A stretch of DNA of 64,000 bases from Octopus sinensis. Lineage: Eukaryota. Of the stretch, positions 42,001 to 56,301 are shown piece after piece. Location: positions 54,684,001 to 54,748,000 of the forward strand of contig NC_043004.1 in NCBI RefSeq assembly GCF_006345805.1. The letters run 5' to 3'. The translations under genes were made by a program, and so were the position numbers. The notes beneath the pieces are model-generated. The model did no database searches, had not been told where the DNA came from, and saw only the letters and a list, made by a program, of their open reading frames with translations. How positions within the stretch are numbered: the stretch's first letter is position 1; every line of letters begins with the position of its first letter.

Positions 42001-44570
42001 GTAAACCTGTCGTGCTGTAAAAGACGCGTTCAGTTTCCAGTAACCAGGACCCTGCCTATGTGTCTTATCTAAGTCAAGTGTACAAGTCACAAACTTGTGA
42101 TCTGTGTAACTGACTATATGAAATTGTGGACAACCTACACTATTTTTATCTATTGTCCTACAGAATACTCTATCTAAGTATGATCTGGACGACCCGATGC
42201 GGTTACTCCATGTCCACATTGGCACATTCGGGTGGTCCAGTCGGTACCTGTCAGACAGTTGGAAACGTCTGAGCAGGTCTTTCAGGCATTTGCATCCCCT
42301 TCTATTGCTATCTCTGCACACGTAGTCTAGATGCGTGTTCAGGGTGGCATTCCAATCCCCCACTAAAAGTAAAGGACGAGACGTCCCCATGAAAGACTCT
42401 AGACGTCGAAAGAAATGTGGTCGGCCTGTTAAGGACGGAGCATAAACTGTTATCAGTCGAAAAGCACACTAATTGACATCGACATCCAAAACGACCAGAC
42501 TACCCTCCGGGTCTAGGAAAATTGCTCTTACTTTGAGATCCAGACTCTTCCGGAGAAGCACCGCGGTGCCACCTCCGCCCATTCTCGGTAGACACAGAGA
42601 AAAATAAATGTTGAAATGTGTACCGAAACTGTGCTGGAGTGCCCGCAAGCTGTGGAGTCTGGTCTCACTGACGGCTATGATATTCAGATTTAGTGACTTG
42701 ATGTCATTTAACAGGTAGCCTTGTTTGCAAGGCGACCCCAAGCTACGTACATTTATACTGCCTATTCTGAGCATGTTCCGATAAAAAATTGTGTTTTACA
42801 CACGAAAAGAAAGTGCAAAAAAGGAAAGAGAGAGAGAAAAGGTTGCTTGTTGTCCGAAAGTCCTTTGTTTTTCACCTCACAGTCTTCTTCCATGAGGTTT
42901 TATATAGTTTCTTTGATGAATATTTTTGAAATCTCCCTACTGCATCAGGGTAAAGAGATTTCAGGGTGCTGTATGTGTTCTGTGTTACGTATATTATTTT
43001 AATGTATTGTGGTGGTGTTGTGCGTGGGTGGTTATTTGTTTTTATGTCGTTTTCAGTTATGTTGGTGTTTGACCTAATGTGTTCCATTAGGTCGTGGTTG
43101 TTTGTGTTTATGGCTGTCAACATTGTTGGGGGGTTTGATGATGGTGTGTTTGTGTTGATGTGTTTGTTTTCTGTGGATGTTTTTGTTTCGGGAGTGATGA
43201 ATCTTCCTGCTTTGTTTGTTATCTTTTCTTTTCTTTTTTTCCCCTTTTTCTTCTCCCCCCTGTGGCTATTTGCCAATCTTCTGTGTCTTCTTCGTCTAAT
43301 GACAAATCAGAAGAATCAGAGCTTGGGAGGGGGAAAATATTGGGGTCTATTGTAGACTGTGTTGATTTTGTTGTTGGTGTTGGTTGGTGAGCGTTAGGTT
43401 GTGGTGTATGCGGTTTTGGAGGTGGGGGTGTGAGTATTTTGTGTTTGAGTGATTGTAGGTATTGTGTTGTTTGGGGTGTCAATTTTGTGGGGATTTGGAG
43501 TAGTAATTGTTTCTTCAATAATTTTGACAGATGTCCTTGGTTTGGGAGTTGGTTTATTCTTGGTTGTTGTTGTTGGTGTTGCTTATGTTCTTAGTGCAGT
43601 TGGTGTGGTTGTTTGGTTGGTGAGGTGTGTTTTTTTTATTTTCTGTAATTAGTCCTTTTTGTACAATTTGTGGTGTGGGTAGTAAAGCTGGCTTTTTTGT
43701 TTTTTCCGGCTGCTGTTGTTGTTGCTGTTGTTTTCTTGCGGCATCTTTGCAATCTTTTTTTAGGTGTTGCTCACTGCCGCATATGTAGCAACGTGGTCTT
43801 CTGCCATCGACGACCACATACAACTTGTGGTCTTCTGATACACATATCTGGGTGGGTATTTTCTTTATGTCCTCTTGGTTTATATGTAGTAGAAATTCTA
43901 CTTTTTTTCCACCCAGTTTTTGTGCTCCGTGACCGTAGTTTCTAAAATTGTGAAGTCTTCCATTTTCACACATAAGGCCTTTACTAGCCATAGATTGTTA
44001 GCTATTTTTGGGACATTGTTTAAAGTGATCTTAGTCACTTTCTGTCCACGATAGCTTGGTGTTAGTTGAAGTTCATCTGAATGAAGAGTTAGCGTTGAGA
44101 AACGTCTTGCTAACTCTTCGGATGTGTGCAAACTTGTTCCACCAGGTCACATACTCTTTGTAGTTCCAGATGGGTTTCAAGCATTTTTCGATTTTGCTTG
44201 TGTTAGCCTTCTCTGGACTTTTTGTTTTCTTATTAATTATTTTATATATAATAGTTTTTTTTTCATCTTCTAATATTTCTTGTGGTATGTTTATTTTTAC
44301 TATACCATCTACTTCCGTTATTAAAATATTCGTATCTTTTATTTGTTGTGCAGTAAAATGTACTGTTGTCTTTTTTTCTTTTATCCCCTCGGCGAAATTT
44401 GTTGTTGTTTTGTTATTGTTGTTGCTGGTGGTGATGTTGTTGTTGGCTGCAGTTGGTAAAATCGGTGTATTTGGTTTGATTGTGCAAGTAGGAAGGGGTG
44501 GAAAATTACTTGCATAGTTTATCCCTGTATTCGAGCAGCTTTTGTCAATTTGTTGGGTGGTCACAGTCTT
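39056..44570 (-). mobile_element. Near-full-length Tx1 copy (F, ~5.5 kb), a different subfamily from C
   Basis: ORF2 pieces 39355-42774 (GSINVRSL, SETRL, GDWN, DQSKAFDRV, RQGYPLS, AYADDV). ORF1 pieces 42872-44570 with CYICGSEQHLKKDC. 5' end abuts AGATAGATAG. Confidence 0.92.
39355..42774 (-). pseudogene. Tx1 ORF2 (APE-RT), multiple frameshifts and stops
   Basis: Consecutive ORF fragments collinear with copy C ORF2. Confidence 0.9.
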
Positions 44571-45406
44571 AGATAGATAGATGGACAGACAGACTATATA
44601 AATTAAGAAATGCATAAGACGTAATTGATATTCCTACGCTTTAATAAACTCTTTTCAATTAGGTGTATGTGTGTGTAGGAATGTGTGAGTGTATGTGTAT
44701 GTGCACGCGTGAGTGCGTGTATGTGCATGCGTGAGTGCGTGTATGTATGTATGTATGTATGTATGTATGTATGTATGTATGTATGTATGTGTGTGTATGT
44801 ATGTATGTATGTATGTATGTATGTATGTATGTATGTATGTATGTATGTATGTATGTATACATGCATGCATGTATGTATGTATGTATGTATGTATGCATGC
44901 ATGCGTGTATGTATAGGTAGAACAAACAGAATAGAATTCGACACCTGAGTATAAATCTACTATTATTCAGTTCGGCAGCAGTTGCAAAGCGACTCAACGA
45001 CGGAGAGCTTTGTGCATGGCACTAATTACGCAGGTATTAATCACGGTGTCTCAAAGAGCATGGCACTAATCACAAGTTGTTAATCACGGAGACTCGGAGA
45101 GTGGTCTTCACGTTGTATAAGCGTTTATCACTCTAATCCAATGACGCACACTATAATCCTACATCTCTTTATTGTGACCTTATTTGTCATTTGTCATTCC
45201 ATCTACTGCAAGTCCTATGGCGATGGATGAGTGATGACGAATGTTGACCCAACCAGTTGAACACACACAGTTACAAAGCAGCAGGACTGAACAGTCTTCC
45301 GAGGTGTCATGAACGGAAAGTCAGAAATTCCATTGACAATGAGGAAGCACAAGGAGAAAATGAAGCATTCACCAAGTATATATTGTACATAAGAGAATAT
45401 ATATTA

Positions 45407-45806
45407 TCTTTATATATAAAAGTGAAGTTGTGTGTCTGTCTCCTACGATTTAGATTCCTAACTACTCCCACATTTTGCGGTGCAGTTTAACTAAAAGCGG
45501 GTATCTTATAGTCGTGATTCATATCGAGCCCTTCTGGGTATTAGCGCGCGTCTACGATGAGTCTACGATTTAAAAAAAATTTACCATAATTTTTTTCCAT
45601 TTTAATGCATTTTTTCGCTATTATATAAGGGAAGTAACTCTCTAAAAATGTCTACGGTGAGTCAACGATTTTTAAAAAAAATTACCATCATTTTTTTTCC
45701 ATTTTTAATGCTTTTTTTTTTTGCTATTTTTTGGCTATAACTCTCTAAAAATGCTTATATAGTTATTTCCCTTACAAACCCGAGCAACGCCGGGCGATAC
45801 TGCTAG
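45407..45806 (+). mobile_element. Non-autonomous Helitron (~400 bp)
   Basis: A|TCTTTATATATAAAAG..hairpin..CTAG|T. Near-identical to 25617-26012. Confidence 0.92.
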
Positions 45807-46206
45807 TGTGATATAAAAAAAATTAATGACTATTATAATATAGAGTGTCTAGAAAAATCTGATTGCATATTCACATTTTATATCTCCCTTGGCAATTCTA
45901 GCATTAAAAATTGTCGAAGAAATTTTTTGTCATGTGAGATAATTTAATTATAGATGTAATTAAAAGTAATTATGACAGCTATTAATAAATTATATTGTGA
46001 ATTAAACTCAGCATTTAAAGAGCAAATAACAATATGCATATAAAAGAACTTTAATTTTCAAAGAATATTCAAATGTGCATTAAAATATGCAGTAACAGTA
46101 GTACATTAACAATGCTAATTCTTAAGGTGATTAAGAAAGACACATTTAGCATTACACGTGATTATATATATATCACACGCATATACATGTGTACGTCTTA
46201 TATCTG

Positions 46207-46278
<72 letters not shown>

Positions 46279-46303
46279 TAGATAGATAGATAGATAGATA
46301 GAG

Positions 46304-46368
<65 letters not shown>

Positions 46369-46429
46369 CTTTCATACATACATACATATAAATATACAAA
46401 CATACATACATACATAAATACATGCGTGC

Positions 46430-46469
<40 letters not shown>

Positions 46470-46540
46470 TAATAATAATATAATAATAGTAGTAGTAATA
46501 ATAATAATAATAATAATAAAATAATAATAATAATAATAAC

Positions 46541-46596
<56 letters not shown>

Positions 46597-46610
46597 TAAT
46601 AATAATAATA

Positions 46611-46655
<45 letters not shown>
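46207..46655. repeat. (GATA)n, (CATA)n and (TAA)n microsatellites
   Basis: Directly visible. Confidence 0.95.
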
Positions 46656-46656
<1 letters not shown>

Positions 46657-46769
46657 TCTTTCTACTAAAAGGCCTGAAATTTGCGAGGAGGGAACTCAAT
46701 TACATCGACCCAGTGTTACGCCGGTACCTAATTTATCGATCTCGAAAGGATAAAAGGCAAAGTCGATCT

Positions 46770-46837
<68 letters not shown>

Positions 46838-46884
46838 GAAGAAGAAGAAGAGAAGAAGAAGAAGAAGAAGAAGAAGAAGAAGAA

Positions 46885-48630
46885 TATAAATCATCTCATT
46901 TACATGGATGATTTAAAGCTCTTTGCAAAAAATGACCAACCACTCAAGGGCTTACTAGCGATTGTTAAACAATTCAGTGATGACATCAGAATGCAATTTG
47001 GCCTCGATAAATGTGCAAAAGCTACCTTTATCAAAGGAAAAATGACAGAAACATCTAACGTTTACCTTGACCAGCAGAATGTCATAAAAGAGTTAGACCC
47101 AGCGGAGAGTTACAAGTACCTAGGGGTAATTGAAGGGGATGGAATAAGGTATTTGGTGATGAAGGAAAGGATCAGGAGAGAATATTATCACAGAAAAAGA
47201 GAATACTCAAGACAGAGCTGAATGCGAGAAACAGGACCGAAGCGATCAATGCATTAGCCATACCAGTCGTGACTTGCAGTTTCAATATTGTTAACTGGTC
47301 AATTACTGAAATATGTAATCTCGACGGAAAAATACGAAAACTGCTGACAATGCATAGAATGCACCACCCTAAGGCAGATATAGAACAACTTTATCTGCCA
47401 AGAAAATAGGGAGGCTGTGGACTTTTACAACTAGCATTAACAATGAAGATTGCCACAACTGGCCTAGACGCCTACCTGAAAAAGCTGAGAAGTGGATGTT
47501 AAAACTTGTCTCAAAACATGAAAACAAGAAAGTATGATACTCAGTAACAAAACAAGCAAAGGAATATCTAATTCCGAATACAACAAATTCCAGAATTAGA
47601 CTACTAGAAACAAGCGCAGAAAAAGCTAATCACATGAAAACCCGTGCTTAAACTGCTGCCTTAGATATTCTGAATGATAAATGGCAAGAAAACCCTTCAA
47701 TGGCAAATACCCAAAGAGAACTAATAATGCCGATGTTGACAGAGTCCTGACCCATCAATGGCTTCTGGCTTAAAATCAGAAAGAGAAGGGTTTATCATAG
47801 CAGCCCAAGATCAATGTCTAACTACAAGGAACTACCAGGCCATCATATTAAAGAACGGCAGTAGCCCAACATGTCATGTATGTCAACAACAAAATGAAAC
47901 CATTGATCATATTGTCTCCAAGTGCAGTCTTCTTCCGCCTACAGACTATCTCAACAGGCATGATAGAGCTGCACAATATATTAACTGGGTAATTTGCAAA
48001 AGCCTGGACTTGCCCCATTGATAAAAACTGGTGGGAACACAGACCACCTCCAGTGCTTGAAAATGACCACGTCTCACTCCTCTGGAACTTCACCATTGAA
48101 ACTGACAGAAAGATAGATGCGAATAGGCCAGACATCATATTGAAATACTTCAGACAAAAAACATGCCTCTTCATTGATATGACTGTCCCAATCAATATAA
48201 ATGTATCTGTCAAAACCTACCAGAAACTGAGCAAATATAAAGATCTTGAAATAGAAATCAGCAAAATGTGGAACCTGAAGACTAAAACAATACCTGTTGT
48301 CATAGGTGCCCTGGGAATGAAAGCAAAATGGGCTGATTGCTACCTAACTCAGATACCAAGAAACCCAAAAATGGCAGAAATTCAAATGATATTGCTCATG
48401 GGAACTGCTCATATCCTATGCAAAATACTTTCTATGTAATCTCAAGTTTTAAAACAAACATAATTTTCGTACGTTTTTTTTTAAATATTCACTAGTACAA
48501 TACTAAGTACAAAACCAAATAAGTGGCAGCCTAGGCATAAGACCAGCATGAACTTACAACTTGTTGTCTCTTGAGGTCTCTGGGTGAGACTTGGAGCCAG
48601 CTTGTGCAAATGTAAAACAAAAGTCAAACA
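46885..48630 (+). mobile_element. 5'-truncated, decayed R4/Dong-like LINE (RT end + restriction-like endonuclease)
   Basis: NHLIYMDDLKLFAK, FGLDKCAK, YKYLGV. CHVCQQQNETIDHIVSKC, RHD, RPDII..FIDMTVP, KLSKYKDL, PVVIGALG (RLE motifs). The 3' UTR ends in TGATAATGATGA. Confidence 0.85.
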
Positions 48631-48675
48631 TGATAATGATGATATATATATATAAGTAAGTATGTATGTATGTAG

Positions 48676-48723
<48 letters not shown>

Positions 48724-49126
48724 GAGTGCATTATTACACATTAAATGCCACACGCTAGGAGGGACTCAAAGTCAAAACTACTAAAATAAACAAACACATC
48801 GTACGGAAACCAGTTCTCGAAGCAAGTCATTTAAAAACAGAATTTAGCTGCATGTCACACTGTGATTTCGTAATCAGTGCAGTTTTATGCACTTTTCACT
48901 TCTCAGTGCAAGCATAATTCAAGATATATAATGAATAAATAAAAACAACATACCAGACGAACAGCTATCGTATCCAACGCAGCATGTAGGAATATTTACC
49001 CCTTATACATCTATGTAAATGGCGGGCTTTTTCGAATTGCATTTCGGTAACAACGTGCTTAATCGGAATAAAAATTCATTATTGAATATACTCCGGTTAA
49101 ATTTACAATTTAAAAATAGGATAAAA

Positions 49127-49268
49127 TCTTCATAAGAATTTATCAAGTAGTTAGCGTGAAAAAAAACTATCAACATATAATATAAATAAATAAATTTAAG
49201 GAAAAGATTGATGGTCTTTTCTCTTATGAGGTTTTTCACGCTAACTACTTAATAAATTCTTATGAAGA
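49127..49268. repeat. Inverted repeat, ~37-bp arms
   Basis: TCTTCATAAGAATTTATCAAGTAGTTAGCGTGAAAAA / TTTTTCACGCTAACTACTTAATAAATTCTTATGAAGA (1 mismatch), shortly followed by (TA)n. Confidence 0.85.
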
Positions 49269-49364
49269 ATAAATTCTTATATATATATATATATATATAT
49301 ACATACATACATACATATACATATATATTTCGGCGCGTGTCAAGCGAGAATTAAATAATAATCT

Positions 49365-49752
49365 TTTCTACTATAAGCACAAGACCTGAAATCTTGGGGG
49401 AGGGAATTGGTCGATTACATCGACACGAGTGTGTAACTGGTACTAATTTTATCGGCTCCCGTGAGGCAAGTCAACCTTGGTGGAATTTGAACTCAGAATG
49501 TAAAGACGAACGAAATATCTATTTCTTTACTACCCACAAGGGGCTAAACACAGAGAGGACAAACAAGAACAGACAAACGGATTAAGTGGATTATACCGAG
49601 CTCAGTGCGTAGCTGGTACTTATTTAATCGACCCCGAAAGGATGAAAGGCAAAGTCGATCTCGGTGGAATTTGAACTCAGGACATAGAGGCAGACGGAAT
49701 ACCACTAAGCATTTTGCCCGGCGTGCTAATGATTCCGCCAGCTCAGCGCCTT
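49365..49752 (-). mobile_element. SINE family 2 (composite of two copies)
   Basis: Family 2 head and core; the 49520-49752 part matches 15270-15500. Confidence 0.75.
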
Positions 49753-50057
49753 CGAGAATTAAATAATAATGTCGAACGATACAGCGTTACATAGAAAATA
49801 TTGGTGTAAAGTCATATATACCCTATTTGATTCTAGCCGAGCATGCAGAAATAATGCCGGAAGAAAACTTTCCATGCAGACATGTGTAAAATTTTTTGGT
49901 AAAGGAATTTTGAAATATGTCATTGGATCGTAGAACCTATGCGTTTCCTAGACGTTCCGCTTCGACATCTGCGAAAACCAAATCTTCCATTCACACCCAG
50001 AATAAAAAAGAGGTTATTTACTTATATATACACGCACAAACACAAGCACACACACAC

Positions 50058-50120
<63 letters not shown>

Positions 50121-50933
50121 TGTGTCTGTATATATATATATATAATTCTAGGTGTCGAGAATCAAACCAAAAACAGTCTACGTCAAAGGATGGCACTACC
50201 TAGAACCCAGGTCAAAATTCGAGAATGCAGAAAAATAATATTCAGCGAACACATCGACACATTTTCCCCCTCTATAAATTCAGGGTCGATGCAACCTGTA
50301 GTAAGCGCATTAGGAAAGAGTCACAAAATGTAAACCCTTTTGAATGCGTCCACCACAAATGACACTATTACAAGGGCGTTAGAATGATATCCACGCAAAT
50401 ATATTAAAAACGATATATTCAGAACAGTCACTACCAATGAATTTATTCAGAACAATTCCAGTCACTACTATTACAACCACAACCGTCACCTTCAGGTCAA
50501 TTGACCATCTAATAAGATTCCACCATTCTACTACTGTCATACTACTCCAGCATTTTTATTATTTTTTCTCTTCTTCTTTTCTCCTTCTTCTTCTTCCTCT
50601 TCTTTTTCTTTTTCTTCGCCACCGGCTACTTTCTCAGCTGCTACTGTTGCTTAAACAATCAAAACCAAGAATTCATATCAAATATTAGGACTACTTCTAC
50701 CTGCTACCAAGCCCTCGGAAAAGTAAAAAAGAAAGACAGACAGACAGAAAAAAAGGAAAATGTTGCTTGCATTTAAAAACTATGGAAATATTTTTTAAAA
50801 CATTTCACTTAATTTTTCCACAATTTAATTGTTTTTCATGCTTTACTCTAAGTTGAAAAAGTCGCAAAGTGTGAAACCGGTACTAAAATGTTATTCATGA
50901 TAACATTATTTTAGCATTTTCTACCCCGTCTTA

Positions 50934-50966
<33 letters not shown>

Positions 50967-51086
50967 TGTATGTATGTATGTATGTATTATTATACACACA
51001 CACACACATATATATATATATAAGGACGGTGTGCAATTATATAGAGAATTAATCATGTCTCGGTTCTGGTGGACGTTATACGTTAT

Positions 51087-51163
<77 letters not shown>

Positions 51164-51167
51164 TATC

Positions 51168-51210
<43 letters not shown>

Positions 51211-51419
51211 ATGTATGTATGTATGTATGTATGTATGAATATATGGATGGATGCATGCATGTATGGCTGTATGGATAGACAGATAGATGGACGTACGTAT
51301 TAAGGAACATGGCATGATATTTTGCGCTAAATCCTTATTACCCTGCTTCTGCTAGATATTAATATTAAATTGGGGATTTTATCATCAAGAGGCAGACTGT
51401 GTAAGTCTACAGTTTGATG

Positions 51420-51654
51420 TCTTTATATATTTAACGTCTCTTTTTCTGTCTCCCACACTCTCATCATCTCTTTTTTTTTATCTCTTACTCTCTGTTTTAT
51501 CCCCAACCTCTCTATCACTCTTTCGCTCCCTTTCCCTTAACTCCTTTCACCTTTGCTCTCAGTATTCTCCTTTCTTCATCTTTCTCAATTTTTCATTGCC
51601 ACTATCTTTCCGTTTTCCTCTTTATGTTTCTCTCTCTCTCTCTCTCTCCCTCTA

Positions 51655-51722
<68 letters not shown>

Positions 51723-52400
51723 TTAATTCTTCATTCTCTCTCTTCCAGCTTATTCTTCTCATGCTTTCTCTCTCAATATAGCTACCAGCTTCGCCCTCCT
51801 CTTTTCTTCTCTCTAAACTCACATACGCTTCGCATTTCCTTTGCTCTTAATATCTCTCACCACTGTTTCATTAGTTCTATTTCTTCACTTTTTCTTATTT
51901 AACTTTTTTATCTCCTTTCAATTCTGACATTCTCTCACTCTCTCTCTCTTTCTTTCTCTTTTTTTTCTCTCTCTCTCTTTCTCTTTTTCTCTTTCTCTCT
52001 CTTTCTCTTTTTCTCTCTCTCTCTCTCTTTATCTCTCTCTCACACACACACCTACGTGCCCTTTTTATCTCACGGAATTTTTACTCTCTCCATCACTGTA
52101 TTTTCTCTTTTTCTCCATTTAATATAATTCTATCTTTCCATCTTAGTGCATGTTTCTCTCTCCTTCCTTCCTTCTCTCCCTCTCTCCTTCTCTCTCTCTC
52201 TTTCTCTCCCTCTCTCTCTTCCCCTCTCTCTCTCTCTCTCTCTCTGCCATAATAGCTATTAATCTCTATTTTATTCTTTTAAATTACCCTTCGTTTCCCT
52301 GTAATTCACTATATCCACCTGACATTCCAACACGCTTACTCTCTTCCTCTTCCTCTCCTTCTCTGCTTCATACTCATTCTACTTCTCTTTCCCCAACTTC
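51420..52400. repeat. Polypyrimidine (TC)n low-complexity tract
   Basis: Directly visible. Confidence 0.85.
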
Positions 52401-53846
52401 CATTGCACAATGAGACAGTTTTATGATATTTTATTCCCGGCCATTAATAACGAAGAATTATAGCAAATATTCGCCAAATGGATGGTTGAAATGGTTCCAC
52501 TGAGAGGTGTTATCCTGTAAATTAGCAAGGATTTTATTAAATAAGAATTTGGGTGTGGATTTACGCCAATATCACCATTCCTTCGTGGAATAACGTCAAC
52601 ACAACGAATATCCCACAAACGACCATTAATTTTTTAATTAAACCATTCCGGGTTTCATCTTTTACTATCAGCAACATCAAGCAGATAAATGTAGTACATA
52701 AATTCTTGGTTATTAAATATGACTGATTTTCCTCTGGAATGCTCCTAGTTTGATCATATATCTTGTGAAGATATGTAAACACATATAAATGGCGGAGCAA
52801 TTTAGAAATATGCAACGCAATAATGAGGTCCTGGGGTTAGCTCCCATTGCGTAGTATTTTTAGGCAAGTGCATAATACCGTTGTCTCAAGTCAACCCAAG
52901 TCTTGTGGGTGAAACTCATTAGATGAAAACATCGAATAGATTGTACCTGTAATTAAAAACTCCGCCCTTATCACTCTGTATCTCACGTTGATTCTACAAG
53001 TGAATTACATTAAGAATGATTCTCCCTATGAGCAACTGGGACCACTTATGTGTTAATTTAACGAATAGAAGGCTGAACGTTGAGACTGACGGAAGAACCG
53101 TCGCATTTTCAGCTACCGGCAAATGCTATCCGGTACTGACAGCCTCAACATCACCAATACCAACAAAAGTAACTGTCTCTACCATTGCTATTATTACAAT
53201 TATTACTTACTTGAAGCACCAACTGCCCCACCCACCAATGCCATCTAAACGGATACCAGAGTCGCAAAGACCATTCACCACCCGTCATTAGCACTTCTGG
53301 GCAGCAATTTGTCATTTTAGAGATAACACCCAAATCTCCTCTCGAGCCACACACTGCTGAAAAAGTTTGTCCGACGTATATTATTCTAGAATAAAAGACG
53401 GAATGGTCATAACTAGAACGTGATTTGACCATAGATTGATTTACTTTATCACGGCTAAATATCAACAACAACAGTACCTGGAATAGCAACAACAGTCTTC
53501 AGAAGCCACTATCAACCTCCTTCGAGCAATAAACAAGATTCTACATAGAGATAATTGCAAAACGATGGTTACATGAACTTGTGCAGCTGACCGAGGATTG
53601 AACAACACTACTACTTATCATTGAAATAACCCATCGATGCATCCACAGCCTATTAACCATGAAGACCAAAATATATACATATACACAATAGTGACATCAA
53701 TTCGTTCTGTTATAGGCACAAGACCTTAAACTTAGAGGAAGTGAGCTGGTCGACTCCATCGTTCCTAGTGCTCAACTTGTGCTCATCGACACCGAAAGTC
53801 TAAATGACAAAGTCGACCTCAGTGACAATTGAACTCAAAACGTAAA

Positions 53847-54095
53847 TAAATAAATCTCGAGCCATGCCAGACTCATAAGGTCCGGTTTCCTGGTTTCAGT
53901 GGCGTAGAAATTCCCCACCTGGACGGGACGCCGGTCCGCCGCAGAATTACTCATTTTTGCCAGCTTAGTGGACTGGAGCAACGTGAAATGAAATGTTTTG
54001 CTCAAGAACACAACGCTTCGCCCGGTCCAGGAATCGAAACCACAACCTTACGATCATGAGTTCAACACCCTAACCACTTAGCCACGCGCCTCCAC
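53847..54095 (-). mobile_element. tRNA-derived SINE family 3 inserted into a family 2 SINE, with a 14-bp TSD
   Basis: Head GTGGAGGCGCGTGGCTAAGTGGTTAGG..GGTTTCGATTCC (A/B boxes) and (TTTA)n tail. ACTCAAAACGTAAA is duplicated at 53833-53846 and 54096-54109. The host SINE spans ~53708-54175. Confidence 0.85.
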
Positions 54096-54675
54096 ACTCA
54101 AAACGTAAAGACGGATAAAAATGCCGCTAGGTATTTTTGTCCGGCGTACTGACGATTCTGTCAGCTCGCTGCCCTACTTTGTAATAATACAGATACAGTA
54201 GGGATTTGCCCTTGTAATATAACGGGTTGGAAACCTTCAGTTATTTGAGATTACCTACACAATAAGTAAGCAATATCTCTACAGGAAATCTAGAATTTGA
54301 AAACATGCAAAGCTTGAGAGATAAAATCAGTTAAGGTAAGTTCCCATGTATAAGTAAATCTAAGTATCTTTTAAAAGAATTTCGAGAAATTCAGAGTATT
54401 AGACAGGTAAAATACATTTAGAGAAAATCACATCTTTAATTTTAGAATTCACCCAATAAAGCAGATAATTGTTTCTGTTCTAATAACATATTTACATATC
54501 ATATTAACATATTTAGATGCTGAAAATATTGAAATTAATATTTCTAAAGTTTAATATTAATATTCCAAAAGTTTCCAAAGTTTTCAAGGCAATCCAAAAT
54601 TAGTTAATTTCAAAGTGAACTAGAGAAATATTTCCAGTACACGAACGCTTACAAAAACAACGCTAAGAAGAAATA

Positions 54676-55069
54676 TCTTTATATATAAAAGTGAGGTTGT
54701 GTGCTGTCTGTCTCCTACGATTTAGATTCCTAACTACTCCCACATTTTGCGGTGCAGTGCAACTAAAAGCGGGTATCTTATAGTCGTGATTCATATAGAG
54801 CCCTTCTGGGTATTAGCACGCGTCTACGATGAGTCTACAATTAAAAAAAAAATTACCATCATTTTTTCCCATTTTTAATGCATTTTTTTCCTATTATATA
54901 AGGGAAGTAACTCTCTAAAAATATATTATTAAATCTCAGAACGTAAAAAGCTACAGTAACAACCCCCCCCCCCACCTTTGTGGTCGCCATATTGAGACTT
55001 TACATCTCTAAAAATGCTTATATAGTTATTTCCCTTACAAACCCGAGCAACGCCGAGCGATACTGCTAG
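54676..55069 (+). mobile_element. Non-autonomous Helitron, variant of the same family
   Basis: Same 5' TC start and hairpin+CTAG end, with a different internal segment at ~54920-55000. Confidence 0.9.
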
Positions 55070-55306
55070 TTTTACATATAATAAAACGTAACAATTTTCT
55101 GTCAGTCACTCTTGGAGGAAAGGAGGGCAAAACAACATACGGAGTGATGTTAGTGACAGTCAGAGGCAGTAAAGCATGCGGGCAGCCTTCATAGATTTTG
55201 CTCTGAAAGGTGCTGGCATTATAATCAAAACAAAACTGAATTTTATCGCAGATTGTATGTACTTTATCAGTTTCAAACAAACAAACACACACACACACAC
55301 ACACAC

Positions 55307-55338
<32 letters not shown>

Positions 55339-55424
55339 TAGCTAAATGAAATTAAAAGTTTAGCAATTTGTTTTCAAAATATTATCGTTTACTTAACATA
55401 TATATAGATTTTATGTGAACAAGA

Positions 55425-55458
<34 letters not shown>

Positions 55459-55949
55459 GTGTGTGTATATATGTATATCTAACATATATATATATTAGGT
55501 GGGACTGAACCCGGAACCATGTGGTTGGTAAGCAAGCTACTTACCACACAGCGACTCCTGCCCTATATGTAAATATTATATATATATATATATTATATAT
55601 ATATTATATATTTATATATATATATGATATATATATATAATATATAATATATACATATACATATATATATATATATTATATATATATCTTATATATATGT
55701 ATATGTATATGTATATGTATAGTATAATAATACATATTATAGATATATATATACATATATACACACACATACATATATATTATGTAGACGATATTTTCAT
55801 TCAATGCAGTACGGCCGTATCTGGTTTCGATGTATGTACATTTATTTACTAGATTGCGGACATTTAGCAATGGTTTCTTCCCTTGTTTTGATATATTCTA
55901 ACAAGTTACCCGGCCTTGATCGGGATTAAAATGCCACAGTTTTTCATTG

Positions 55950-56205
55950 TTTTACTTGTTTCAGTCATGTGACTGAGGTCATGCTGGAGCACCACCTAGT
56001 AATTATTCTACCAGTGTCTTTTGCCGAACCGCTAAGTTATAGGTATGTAAACACAGCAACATCGGTTGTAAAGCAATGGTGGGGGCACAAACACGCGCGC
56101 GCGCGCGCACACACACACACACTAATATACACGTATATTCCACAGTGCTCTTTCAGTTTCCGTGTACGAAATCTACTCACAAGACTTTGGTGGGACAGAG
56201 GCTAT
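55950..56205 (-). mobile_element. SINE family 1 fragment (a separate head fragment lies at 55499-55562)
   Basis: Shared family 1 blocks. Confidence 0.7.
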
Positions 56206-56218
56206 AATGTATATATAT

Positions 56219-56251
<33 letters not shown>

Positions 56252-56270
56252 GATATATAATAATATATAT

Positions 56271-56301
<31 letters not shown>

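Noticed and set aside
52421-52815. Short minus-strand ORFs in unique sequence with AG and AATAAA signals
   Set aside because: No homology recognised; such signals are expected by chance in AT-rich DNA.
54020-54095. tRNA-Met-like sequence on the minus strand
   Set aside because: Head of a SINE with body, tail and TSD; the acceptor stem is not intact.
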